Positions 9,422-18,030 of a DNA stretch of 40,719 nucleotides are shown here, piece after piece (position 1 is the stretch's first letter; the number at the start of each line of letters is the position of its first letter). The stretch comes from Pseudomonadota bacterium (lineage in GTDB: Bacteria; Pseudomonadota; Alphaproteobacteria; Rhizobiales; JACESI01): positions 1 to 40,719 of the forward strand of contig JBCDCU010000003.1 of the NCBI GenBank assembly GCA_039181265.1, given 5' to 3'. Under the pieces are notes generated by a model. The model saw nothing but the letters and a program-made list of their open reading frames with translations. It had not been told where the DNA came from and made no database searches. The translations under genes and the position numbers were made by a program.

Positions 9422-10471
9422 ATGACGTCTCCTCCAAGCCCTTTTGTCGGTATCCTCGCCGATGATTTGACGAGCGCCGCAGATGGTGCGGCTCCCTTCG
9501 TGAGAAAGGGGCTTCAGGCGACGGTTTCCAGGCGGCATGTTCCGCAGTCTCGCGAAGCTGATGTTATCGCAGTCGATATGGCGACGCGCTCGATGAAGGA
9601 GAACGACGCTGCCGCCGGAGCAAGGGAAACCGCACAAAAATTGGCGGGCGCGCAGATAGTCTACAAGACAGTCGACTCAACCCTGCGTGGGCATGTCTTT
9701 GCCGAGATCAATGCGGTCATCGCGGGGAGCCAACGCAGAAGGCTGGTGTTTGCCCCGGCATTTCCCGAGGCAGGTCGGATCACACGCGATGGTTTTCAAT
9801 TCGTCGATGGCGTCCCGGTATCTGAAAGCCGCTACGGATCCGATCCGGTTCATCCGGCACGAACATCGAGGCTCTCCGACCTTGTGCCGCCTTCCGCACA
9901 AGACGCGCTCCAGATTAACGCGGAAACTCAGGATGAGTTGAATGCAAAGGTAGCCCGGATTCCCGATCCGCAAGAGGTCATCTGGGTTGGATCACCAGGC
10001 CTGGCCATTGCTTTGGCAGGACTGGTGGCCTCGACACCGGGTCGGTGCTCTGTGCCTAAGGTGAGCTCCGATATTCTGGTGGTTGTCGGCAGTATGAACG
10101 CTGTCAGCTCAGAACAGGCAAAGATGCTGGAAGACTAGACAGATGTCAGTGTTCTTCGCGTCCCCGCGGAACGTGCGGATCCCCGAGAAACACTTGCCGC
10201 GCTCACGGCTAAAGCCGTTTCGGCCCTGGAAACGGATCAATACGGAGCGATTATTGCGATGGGCGGTGATACGATGGACGCGATCCTCAATGCGATCGGT
10301 GTGAGAAGTTTCGATCTTACCGGAGAATTCGAGCCTGGATTTCCGGTTGGTCTTGCTGACTATAAAGGCGACCCGCTCGTCCTCGGTCTGAAAGCAGGCG
10401 GTTTCGGCTCCCCGGACAGTCTCCGACGGGCAGTCGATCATCTAACGCGTTCAAAGGAGTACGCTTCGTGA
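9422..10471 (+). pseudogene. Four-carbon acid sugar kinase (DUF1537/DtnK-like) interrupted by one in-frame TAG
   Basis: ILADDLTSAAD, YKTVDSTLRG and FAPAFP occur in the 5' part. After TAG at 10136-10138 the same frame stays open through GGDT and KAGGFG to TGA 10471, which overlaps the pdxA GTG. Confidence 0.85.
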
Positions 10472-11475
10472 CGCACGCTCCACTCGTCATCACCATGGGC
10501 GACCCGTCAGGGATCGGCCCGGAGATTATTGCCAAATCCTTTGCGGAAGGGCGTGCGCCGGGCTGTGTTGTGATAGGAAGCGCCTCTGTCATGCGCCAGG
10601 TAGTTGCGATGCTCGGCCTTGGATTGGAGGTCCGTGACATCCAATCGATAGAGGACGCGACATCGCCTGAAAACCAACGCGTTATTGAAGTCCTTCAGAC
10701 ATCAAAGAAAGGCGCAGAGTTTCCTGTCGGCGAAGTGTCTGCGGAAAGCGGGAAGGCCGCGTTCGACGCTATCGTCAAAGGGATCGAGCTTGCGAAATCC
10801 GGAAGAGCGTCTGGCGTCGTTACAGCCCCGATCCACAAAGAAGCCTTGGCTGCTGCGGGGATCGGCTTTCCGGGACACACCGAAATGCTCGCCGAATTTG
10901 GTGGTGCGCAAAGCGTTGCGATGATGCTTGCGAATGACGAGATCCGCACGGTGCTTGTCACGATCCATGTCAGTCTGCGCGACGCTATAGACCACGCCGA
11001 TTTTAAGGCTCAGATGTCGGCGATCCGCCTTGCGGACAAAGCCTGTCGCGATCTTGGTATTGATGCGCCCCGCGTGGCGGTCGCGGGCCTCAACCCCCAT
11101 GCGGGTGAGGGCGGTCTCTTCGGCCAGGAGGAAATTGAGATTATTACACCTGCCATTGAGGCCGCGCGCGCGGAAGGTATCGATGCGTCCGGCCCGTGGC
11201 CAGGCGACACGGTCTTCATGGCGGCACGAAGGGGGAAATTCGATGTCGTCGTAGCGCAATATCATGATCAGGGCCTCATTCCCGTGAAATATCTCGGCGT
11301 GGAAAAGGGCGTCAATGTCACCCTCGGTCTTCCCTTCGTGCGTACCTCACCGGATCATGGGACTGCGTTCGATATCGCCGGGAAGGGGATTTCCGATCCG
11401 GCAAGCCTGTCGACCGCGATTGATTACGCCCGCCGCTTGATCGCCAGACGGCACCAACCAGAGGAGGTTTTCTGA
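10468..11475 (+). CDS. pdxA: 4-hydroxythreonine-4-phosphate dehydrogenase family (PdxA2-type, likely tetronate-4-phosphate dehydrogenase)
   Basis: TMGDPSGIGPE, TAPIHK, PGHTE, GLNPHAGE, YHDQG and RTSPDHGTAFDIAG. Its position next to a DUF1537 kinase indicates the PdxA2 subgroup. Confidence 0.95.
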   Translation: MTHAPLVITMGDPSGIGPEIIAKSFAEGRAPGCVVIGSASVMRQVVAMLGLGLEVRDIQSIEDATSPENQRVIEVLQTSKKGAEFPVGEVSAESGKAAFDAIVKGIELAKSGRASGVVTAPIHKEALAAAGIGFPGHTEMLAEFGGAQSVAMMLANDEIRTVLVTIHVSLRDAIDHADFKAQMSAIRLADKACRDLGIDAPRVAVAGLNPHAGEGGLFGQEEIEIITPAIEAARAEGIDASGPWPGDTVFMAARRGKFDVVVAQYHDQGLIPVKYLGVEKGVNVTLGLPFVRTSPDHGTAFDIAGKGISDPASLSTAIDYARRLIARRHQPEEVF

Positions 11476-12533
11476 TGGGGCTTCGCTTCATCTTCATGCT
11501 CACCCGTGCCGATAAAACGGTGCCTGACGCGGCGAGCCATCTCGAAACGGCCCTGTCCCTCGGCGTGCGCCATATCGGTTTTAAGGATATCGGCCTGCCG
11601 GTTTCAGAATTGAAGGCATTGAATGAGGCGATCAAGGCAAAGGGCGCCACATCCTACCTCGAAGTTGTAAGCCGTGACCGGGAAAGCGAAGTGACATCCG
11701 CAAGGGCCGCCGTCGAGGTTGGCGTCGATATCCTCCTCGGCGGAACGGAAGTCGAGGATGTCCTGCCGATCATTAGAGGGACAGGGCTCGAATATTACCC
11801 ATTCCCCGGCCGGATCGTCGGTCATCCGAGCGTTCTCGAAGGATCCGTCGATGACATCGCTGAAAGCGCGCGCAGTCTTGCGGCCTACGAAGGCGTGACC
11901 GGGCTCGATCTTCTGGCTTACCGGTCACCGCTACCGGATATTCCGGCGATGATCAGCGCTGTCTGTGAAGCCGCAGGAAAACCAGTGATTGTCGCAGGCT
12001 CCATCGCTGAACCCGACCGCATTGCGGCGGTCCGAGATGCCGGAGCGGCTGGCTTTACCATCGGGACGGCTGCGCTCAACGGTGATTATCCGGCTGATAG
12101 TGAGGATCTTGAAACGCAGCTCTCTGCGATTGTGCGCGATGTGGCCGACCTCAACGGGCATCTGTCGCCCTTTGGCAAGAAGAGCCTTGATCGCGCGTTT
12201 GCAGCCTTTGACGACACCTGGTCGCCGCGCGTTGCCGGTCAGATCAATGCAATGCAGATTAAGCTCGCCAAATTTGAGGGAGCTTTCACCTGGCATTTTC
12301 ACGAGCGCGAGGATGAACTCTTTCTCGTTCATCGCGGACGGCTTTTGATGAAGTTTCGCGACCGCGAAGAGGTGGTGGAAGAGGGCGAGTTCATCGTCGT
12401 GCCGCATGGCGTCGAACATTGCCCTGTGGCTCTGACGGAGACCTGCGAGGTTGTGTTGTTGGAACCAGCAACGACCGTCAACACGGGAACAGCCGAGGAC
12501 GATCGCAAAGTCTTGGATCTCGCATCTGTTTGA
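11475..12533 (+). CDS. Uncharacterised phosphate-binding TIM-barrel-like domain fused to a C-terminal cupin domain
   Basis: Alternating beta/alpha N-domain (GFKDIG, YLEVVS, GLDLLAY, IVAGSI, FTIGTA). From ~12177 a cupin (WSPRVAG, WHFHEREDELF, GEFIVVPHGVEHCP). Translationally coupled to pdxA (TGATG). Confidence 0.75.
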   Translation: MGLRFIFMLTRADKTVPDAASHLETALSLGVRHIGFKDIGLPVSELKALNEAIKAKGATSYLEVVSRDRESEVTSARAAVEVGVDILLGGTEVEDVLPIIRGTGLEYYPFPGRIVGHPSVLEGSVDDIAESARSLAAYEGVTGLDLLAYRSPLPDIPAMISAVCEAAGKPVIVAGSIAEPDRIAAVRDAGAAGFTIGTAALNGDYPADSEDLETQLSAIVRDVADLNGHLSPFGKKSLDRAFAAFDDTWSPRVAGQINAMQIKLAKFEGAFTWHFHEREDELFLVHRGRLLMKFRDREEVVEEGEFIVVPHGVEHCPVALTETCEVVLLEPATTVNTGTAEDDRKVLDLASV

Positions 12534-12541
12534 ATCAGAAC

Positions 12542-12566
12542 GCGGCGGTGCTCTTAACACCGCCGC
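12542..12566. terminator. Hairpin between convergent genes
   Basis: GCGGCGGTG-ctcttaa-CACCGCCGC, a 9-bp perfect stem. Confidence 0.6.
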
Positions 12567-12595
12567 TCATTAAATAGTCCAGGGTTCGTCGGTTA

Positions 12596-13252
12596 TCAGC
12601 TTCCCGGTGTGTTCCGTACGAAGGGATTGCCGCGCTCGGCAGTCGCCGTAAACGTCATGCCTGAAATCTTCCAGCCGTCTTCGGTGCGAACGAATTCGTG
12701 CACATAGGTACCCCAGACTTCCCAAAGCGCGTTGCCGCCGTTTTCTTCAAGCGCGCCGCGCTCCATGCGGTTCCAGGCATAGCCGTGCGAGAGCATCGTG
12801 GCTGAATTGGCTCCGGTGAATGTCACGCGGTGATTGCCACGCAGGTGGAACGATGTCTTCTCAGCCGTCAGGTTCGACGACCAGCCGAGGATCAGCGCAT
12901 CGGCCGGGATCTTTGCAGGTTCGCCACCAACAAGGGAAGTAAAGTCAACATCGATGGTTTCGGTGAACAAAGAGCGGGAAAGGTCCCAGTCTTTTGCGTC
13001 AACGGCTGCATCAAGCGCATCGGCAATCCGTACCATTTCCGCGTGATCGACGAGGGTCTCTGCTGTGATGGGCGCGCCTGCCAGGTTGGCGGCTTTTGCT
13101 GCATGGGCAGTTGCATCGAGGGCGACGACGAGGCCTGCGACAGCAAGGCCCATCATTGCGATTGAAAGGGCAGACGAAATCCCTGTCACGATTGCAGTTG
13201 AGATACCTGCGGGGATCGAAGTGGCAGTCTTTGTTTCAAAAAAGCGTGTCAT
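12596..13252 (-). CDS. NTF2/SnoaL-like fold protein with N-terminal hydrophobic/signal segment
   Basis: DAAVDAKDWDLSRSLFTETIDVDF, SFHLRGNHRVT and GTYVHEFVRTEDGWKISGM. A GGAGA RBS precedes ATG 13252. Confidence 0.85.
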   Translation of the reverse strand: MTRFFETKTATSIPAGISTAIVTGISSALSIAMMGLAVAGLVVALDATAHAAKAANLAGAPITAETLVDHAEMVRIADALDAAVDAKDWDLSRSLFTETIDVDFTSLVGGEPAKIPADALILGWSSNLTAEKTSFHLRGNHRVTFTGANSATMLSHGYAWNRMERGALEENGGNALWEVWGTYVHEFVRTEDGWKISGMTFTATAERGNPFVRNTPGS

Positions 13253-13255
13253 TGT

Positions 13256-13397
13256 GTGTCTCTCCATCCGGTGTGTTCGTTGAAGGGAATGTGACACGAG
13301 TAATGAATAAATAAAAATTCTGAATAAAGATTATTTTGATGCTTTTTAGGTATTAATTGTTTCAACGATCTCGATCATGTTGGTGACGAGCGTTCCG
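13256..13397 (+). repeat. Direct repeat copy A (lysR 3' end plus downstream intergenic)
   Basis: 13352-13397 is identical over 46 bp to 15471-15516. 13256-13351 is colinear with and clearly similar to 15376-15470. Confidence 0.92.
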
Positions 13398-13576
13398 CTC
13401 GCTGGACGCGTTAGGCTGATCTTTCATCCAATTCGCTGCGGTCAATAAAGACCTGAAAACAGGAAGGAATCCGTAGGTGGAAAAGATCTGATGGACCGCC
13501 CAATCGTCATTTTCGTTTCATCAATTCATAAGCATCGGCATCGCTGTTTTTCGACTGACTTAAGGCTGAATTTTGA

Positions 13577-13592
13577 TTAATGCCTTGGTAAC
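13577..13592 (+). promoter_or_regulatory. CtrA-box-like motif upstream of the chemoreceptor
   Basis: TTAA-tgccttg-GTAAC has one mismatch to TTAA-N7-TTAAC. CtrA controls chemotaxis genes in alphaproteobacteria. Confidence 0.5.
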
Positions 13593-13644
13593 GCTGTTAT
13601 GAGAATTGTATGTATTAATACATTGTCTTACGAAAGGAAATGCG

Positions 13645-15354
13645 ATGGCAAACCCTGATGTCGGGCGCTTCAAGGGCATTGGTGCCCGCCTCACGCTAGC
13701 TTTCGCCATTGTGCTCGTCTTAATGAGCACGCTTACAGTCTTCTCGGTTTACAAAATAAACGATGTACGAGAGAGGCTGATCCAGATTAACGAGGTGAAC
13801 AGCCGCTTGCAGCGCTTCGCGATCAATTATCGTGGGAGTGTTCATGACCGCGCCATTGCCATTCGCGATGTCGTCTTGACCGATGATCCGACTATTCGTC
13901 AGGAGACTTTAAATCAGATCAAAGAGCTTGCTGCGTCTTACGCAGAAAACGAACGCGCAATGGCCGATCTTGTGAGTCGGGTCGGGCTTACGGCGGGAGA
14001 GGAAGCCACGTTGGGTGACATTGATGCAGTGCAAAGCCGCACCAATCCGTTGGTTTCTGAGATCATAGCCTTAACCGGCAATGGCGAAAATGAGAAGGCG
14101 AAAGCCCTTTTGATGAACGAGGTCAGTGAATTGTTTTCTGATTGGCTCGCGTCAATCAACCGCTTTATCGACAGCAAAGAGAGGTCGAACCAACAGATTG
14201 GAGCAACCGTTTCAGCTTCCGTTCAAAACTACTCGCTGACTGCCTATACGGCACTTGCTATCGCGGGACTGCTCACCCTTGTTGCTGGCGTCATCGTTGG
14301 GCGTTCGATTACGCGGCCGATCGGACAGCTTGTTAGTGTGATGGGGCAATTGGCATCCGGAAATCTCAAAACCGAGGTCGACGGGGCAGATCGCCAAGAT
14401 GAGATCGGTTCCATGGCAAGAGCCGTCGAAGTCTTCAAAACGAATATGATTGAGACAGAACGTTTGCGCACAGCCCAAGATGACGAGCAACAGGCGCGGG
14501 CCGATCGCCAGGAACGGATTGAAAAAGCAATCGCTGAGTTTGAACAAACAAGCGAGACCGTTCTGTCTTCGGTGTTGGGTGCCGCCCAGGGAATGAAAGG
14601 ATCAGCAAGCTCGCTTGCCTCTTCATCAGAAAAGGCAATGGCACAGGCAGAAACAGTATCCCGTGCGTCCGAGGAGGCAAGCCAGAATGTGCAAACGGTT
14701 GCAGGTGCTGCCGAGGAGCTTTCCGCATCCGTGAACGAAATCTCCGGCCAGGTTGCACGGTCTGCTGAAATGTCCCGAAACGCGACAACGAAAGCGCAGG
14801 CGACGCAAGCGACAGTGCAGGCGCTTGCTGAACGTGCGCAACAAATCGGCCAAGTCGTGAAACTGATCAGTGATATCGCTGAACAGACCAACCTGCTTGC
14901 TCTCAATGCGACGATCGAAGCAGCGCGGGCGGGTGAGGCTGGAAAGGGCTTTGCGGTCGTTGCATCCGAGGTCAAACAACTCGCTGAACAAACAGCAAAA
15001 GCAACGGGCCAGATCAGCGAAGAGATATCCGCTGTGCAGGAAGCAACCGGAGCGTCCGTATCCTCAATCGAAGAAATTGCTAGTGAAATCAATCAGCTCG
15101 ACGAAATTGCCGCAACGATTGCTGCTGCGGTCAACCAGCAGGGATCCGCGAGTGACGAAATTGCGCGCAACGTTCAACAGGCGGCTCAGGGAACCGGCGA
15201 GGTTACCTCGGGGCTGGTCCATGTTCGGGAAGTGTCGAAGGCAAACAGTGAGTCATCAGCCGAAGCACTCAACGCTTCCGAAGCGATGAACAGACAGGTC
15301 GACGAGATTAAGGGATCGATTGCATCCTTCCTGAACAAAATTCGCGCAGCTTAA
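13645..15354 (+). CDS. Methyl-accepting chemotaxis protein (four-helix-bundle sensor, HAMP, MCP signalling domain)
   Basis: Two TM helices, HAMP (ITRPI...DEIGSMARA) and [34 protein letters not shown]. An AAAGGA RBS precedes ATG 13645. Confidence 0.96.
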   Translation: MANPDVGRFKGIGARLTLAFAIVLVLMSTLTVFSVYKINDVRERLIQINEVNSRLQRFAINYRGSVHDRAIAIRDVVLTDDPTIRQETLNQIKELAASYAENERAMADLVSRVGLTAGEEATLGDIDAVQSRTNPLVSEIIALTGNGENEKAKALLMNEVSELFSDWLASINRFIDSKERSNQQIGATVSASVQNYSLTAYTALAIAGLLTLVAGVIVGRSITRPIGQLVSVMGQLASGNLKTEVDGADRQDEIGSMARAVEVFKTNMIETERLRTAQDDEQQARADRQERIEKAIAEFEQTSETVLSSVLGAAQGMKGSASSLASSSEKAMAQAETVSRASEEASQNVQTVAGAAEELSASVNEISGQVARSAEMSRNATTKAQATQATVQALAERAQQIGQVVKLISDIAEQTNLLALNATIEAARAGEAGKGFAVVASEVKQLAEQTAKATGQISEEISAVQEATGASVSSIEEIASEINQLDEIAATIAAAVNQQGSASDEIARNVQQAAQGTGEVTSGLVHVREVSKANSESSAEALNASEAMNRQVDEIKGSIASFLNKIRAA

Positions 15355-15375
15355 GCGCCTATGACCCGAAACAGC

Positions 15376-15516
15376 GTGTCCTTCCATCCGGTGTTTTCGC
15401 TGGGTGGAAGGCGAACGGAATGAAGATCACCGGGAATTCAGGATGCCGATTGGGTTAATGCATTTCAGGCATTAATTGTTTCAACGATCTCGATCATGTT
15501 GGTGACGAGCGTTCCG
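15376..15516 (+). repeat. Direct repeat copy B (overlaps the intact lysR 3' end)
   Basis: Partner of 13256-13397, offset 2119-2120 bp. Confidence 0.92.
15380..15411. terminator. Hairpin between convergent MCP and lysR genes
   Basis: CCTTCCATCCGGTG-TTTT-CGCTGGGTGGAAGG forms a 14-bp stem with three G-U pairs. Confidence 0.55.
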
Positions 15517-16352
15517 GGCGGCTTTCCTGCAATGAAGAGAAACTCGATTGGAACGGAAAGCCCTTTCACCTTGCGGAACTGGACCCGGTTTGGCGGTCGT
15601 TCAATATTGGCTGAATTCACGAAGGCACAGCCGACACCAGCGGAAACAAGGCTCAGCATGGTCGTCTCATTGTTCGCTTCCTGGGCGACAAACGGGGCGA
15701 GGCCGAGATCGGAAAGCGCCTTTGAGAGTTTATCGTAATACGCAGGTGCGACGGCGCGGGGAAAGGCGACGATCGGGAGCCCGTCTATGTCTTCAAGGTC
15801 GAGCGGGCCGTCATGATCAAAGACGAGATCGGTGGAAGCGGCAAGAACAACGTCGTCAATGCGCAGGGGAAAAACGGTGAGAGCATCGTCGGAGAGATTG
15901 TCCTGCCTGTAGACAAAGCCCGCATCGATCTCACCGGCAAGAAGCGCGTTGATCTGATCCACCGAGCTCATCGGCTGAATGTCGAGCTGAACATTCGGAT
16001 AGCGGCGGGCATAAAGGTTCATTGTGATCGGCAAATGCCCGGACCAGGCGGCACTCTCAAGAAGCCCGATCCTGAGGCGCCCAGCGGATCCGCGTGCGAT
16101 GTTGCGGGCTTCATCCGCTGCAGCCTCGGCCTCTTCGAGAATAGTCCGCGCTTTTTTCGCGAAAGCCTGTCCGGCATCGCTCAAGACAACACGGCGTCCG
16201 TCTCGGATCAAAAGATCGACGCCAAGCTCGGCCTCAAGATCGCGGATTTGCCGCGAGACCGCTGGTTGTGCGATCCGAAGGCGCTCGGCGGCATGGCTGA
16301 TCCCGCCATGATCGGCGACGGCGACGAAATAGCGAAGGTGGCGGAGCTCCAT
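15465..16352 (-). CDS. LysR-family transcriptional regulator (HcaR/BenM-like)
   Basis: MELRHLRYFVAVA...AAERLRIAQPAVSRQIRDLEAELGV HTH and LSLVSAGVG. Start taken as ATG 16352. Confidence 0.95.
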   Translation of the reverse strand: MELRHLRYFVAVADHGGISHAAERLRIAQPAVSRQIRDLEAELGVDLLIRDGRRVVLSDAGQAFAKKARTILEEAEAAADEARNIARGSAGRLRIGLLESAAWSGHLPITMNLYARRYPNVQLDIQPMSSVDQINALLAGEIDAGFVYRQDNLSDDALTVFPLRIDDVVLAASTDLVFDHDGPLDLEDIDGLPIVAFPRAVAPAYYDKLSKALSDLGLAPFVAQEANNETTMLSLVSAGVGCAFVNSANIERPPNRVQFRKVKGLSVPIEFLFIAGKPPGTLVTNMIEIVETINA

Positions 16353-16358
16353 TATTAA

Positions 16359-16373
16359 ATGCCTCAAAGGTAT
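16359..16373. promoter_or_regulatory. LysR box
   Basis: ATGCC-tcaaa-GGTAT (T-N11-A) resembles ATAC-N7-GTAT and lies in the divergent lysR/EamA spacer. Confidence 0.6.
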
Positions 16374-16453
16374 AGGTCTGAGTGCTTAATAGCATTGGAA
16401 GGTATTGAATACGACGGCTATGTTGAAACGATCTTAATCGAGAAGAGGCCGCG

Positions 16454-17383
16454 ATGAACACCAGAACACCTTTTGCTTCCATTGCGGGTCCGGCACTTGG
16501 CGCGCTCACTGTGCTTTGCTGGTCTGCCTATAATGTCGCCGCAAAGCAGGGGATCGATGAAGGGCTTGCGCCGGAGGTCCTATCGTTTCTGCGCTTTTCT
16601 GTGCCGGGATTGATCGCGGTTCCAACGTTGGCGGTCTTTCTCATGAAGAGACGGTGGTCACCGGTCCCGCTTCACCGCCTCGCTGTACTGACCTTTCTTG
16701 GCGGCCCGGTTTTCGGCGTCATGGCGGTTTCCGGTTATTCTTATGCACCACTCTCGCACGGGCTCTTGTTTGCCCCCGTCGCAGTGTTTTTGAGCGCGGC
16801 CTTCTTCGGGCGGCTTCTTCTTGGCGAGGCGGTGACGCGTCCCCGCATATTCGGGGCGCTCACCATGTTTTCCGGTCTTGCTGTCCTTGTCGGCTTTGAG
16901 ACATCCGACCTTTCTGAAGAGTGGTTGCGCGGCACGCTCTTTTTCGGTCTCGCGGGCGCAATGTGGGGCGCCTATACGGTGCTTTTGAAGCACTGGCAGA
17001 TCCCGTTCCTGTCGGGCGCGCTTGCGGTTTCTGCGGGCTCGTCTTTCGCCTCGCTCATTGTGCTTGGACCGGTCGTTTATGGCGCTATAGCAGTGACGCC
17101 CGTCGAGAGCATCCTCTTCCAGGCGGTGATGCAGGGGCTTGTCGGCGGTGTTTTGAGTGTTATCGCGCTGATTGGTGCTTTGCGGGCCCTGTCGGCCCAG
17201 ACAGCAGCCCTTCTTCCGACCTTCTCGCCGGCAGTCGCACTCCTTATCGCGGCCCTCTTCGGGGCCGCTTGGCCAACACCAGCTGAACTTATCGGCATGG
17301 TGGTGATCGCGCTGGGATTTATGGTTGCTTCGGGTTTCAGGGCGCGATGGATCACAAGAGGTGCGTGGGCGAGGGCTGCTTAG
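16454..17383 (+). CDS. DMT/EamA-family transporter
   Basis: About 10 TM helices in two repeats, with LSFLRF, LLLGE and WGAYTVL motifs. Divergent from lysR. Confidence 0.88.
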   Translation: MNTRTPFASIAGPALGALTVLCWSAYNVAAKQGIDEGLAPEVLSFLRFSVPGLIAVPTLAVFLMKRRWSPVPLHRLAVLTFLGGPVFGVMAVSGYSYAPLSHGLLFAPVAVFLSAAFFGRLLLGEAVTRPRIFGALTMFSGLAVLVGFETSDLSEEWLRGTLFFGLAGAMWGAYTVLLKHWQIPFLSGALAVSAGSSFASLIVLGPVVYGAIAVTPVESILFQAVMQGLVGGVLSVIALIGALRALSAQTAALLPTFSPAVALLIAALFGAAWPTPAELIGMVVIALGFMVASGFRARWITRGAWARAA

Positions 17384-17422
17384 CGTCAAACCGAGATTGG
17401 TAACCAGGAAAGAACTGCGCAT

Positions 17423-17923
17423 TTGCGAGCAGTTTGGCGAGATGCAAGGATAGAATTATTTCAAAACATTCAATTAGGTATAATCAACGTGCGCGAGATT
17501 TTGGAACGAATACTGCCTCCTTTGGTTGGGTCGATCATGCTCCTTATCATAGGCGTATTTTTCTTTATCTTGTTGGATTCTCGCTACCTGTTTCACCACT
17601 ACCGGCTATTCTACGCTGAACATGAGTGCTACACGCGGGAAGGTCTCTTTTTGAACAATGGCATCCATTGCGAGTTCGACCATCAAGCAAGTGTTCAGCG
17701 ATCGATTTTCGAAGGGAGAGCATTCGGTGCGAATGTTGGCTCGATCTTTGAGGCCAACCGCTTTGCCAAGGCGACCTGCCTGGACCACTGTCAAAGCCGC
17801 GAAAACTGCTCAGAGTTTGTCGTCTCGGCACCGCGGGAGTTTTTTAATAGCAGCCTCATGGTATCGGAACGGGGATCGTGGGCGTGTGTTCTTATTGAGC
17901 TATGGGAACCCAAAACACACTAG
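17423..17923 (+). CDS. Hypothetical membrane-anchored Cys-rich protein (PAN/apple-like motif)
   Basis: One TM helix and CLDHCQSRENCSEF...CVL. The ORF fills the intergenic gap and has an AT-richer 5' part. The start may be GTG 17489. Confidence 0.6.
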   Translation: MRAVWRDARIELFQNIQLGIINVREILERILPPLVGSIMLLIIGVFFFILLDSRYLFHHYRLFYAEHECYTREGLFLNNGIHCEFDHQASVQRSIFEGRAFGANVGSIFEANRFAKATCLDHCQSRENCSEFVVSAPREFFNSSLMVSERGSWACVLIELWEPKTH

Positions 17924-18030
17924 AAATGTTTCGTGTGTGGCTCAACGCTCAGTGCATTGAGTCGCTTCAAACTCATAAGGGGCAATGTTTGTGTCATGCA
18001 ATGATTGCCGAGTGACATTGGGATGACGTC

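Noticed and set aside
9347-9637. Long N-terminal extensions given by the ORF track (LysR 9637; also TetR 22925, DUF126 7478, FAH 37366, DctM 34355)
   Set aside because: They overlap neighbouring genes or operators, and family N-termini and coupled starts indicate shorter proteins.
10136-10200. Pyrrolysine or other programmed amber recoding
   Set aside because: There are no pyl genes in the window, TAG is a normal stop for other genes (e.g. 4668, 22169, 35887), and the site is not catalytic.
14244-15092. Long antisense ORFs (282 aa here; also 572-1228, 16658-17422, 27576-28226)
   Set aside because: These are shadow frames of well-supported genes in GC-rich DNA and have no recognisable motifs.
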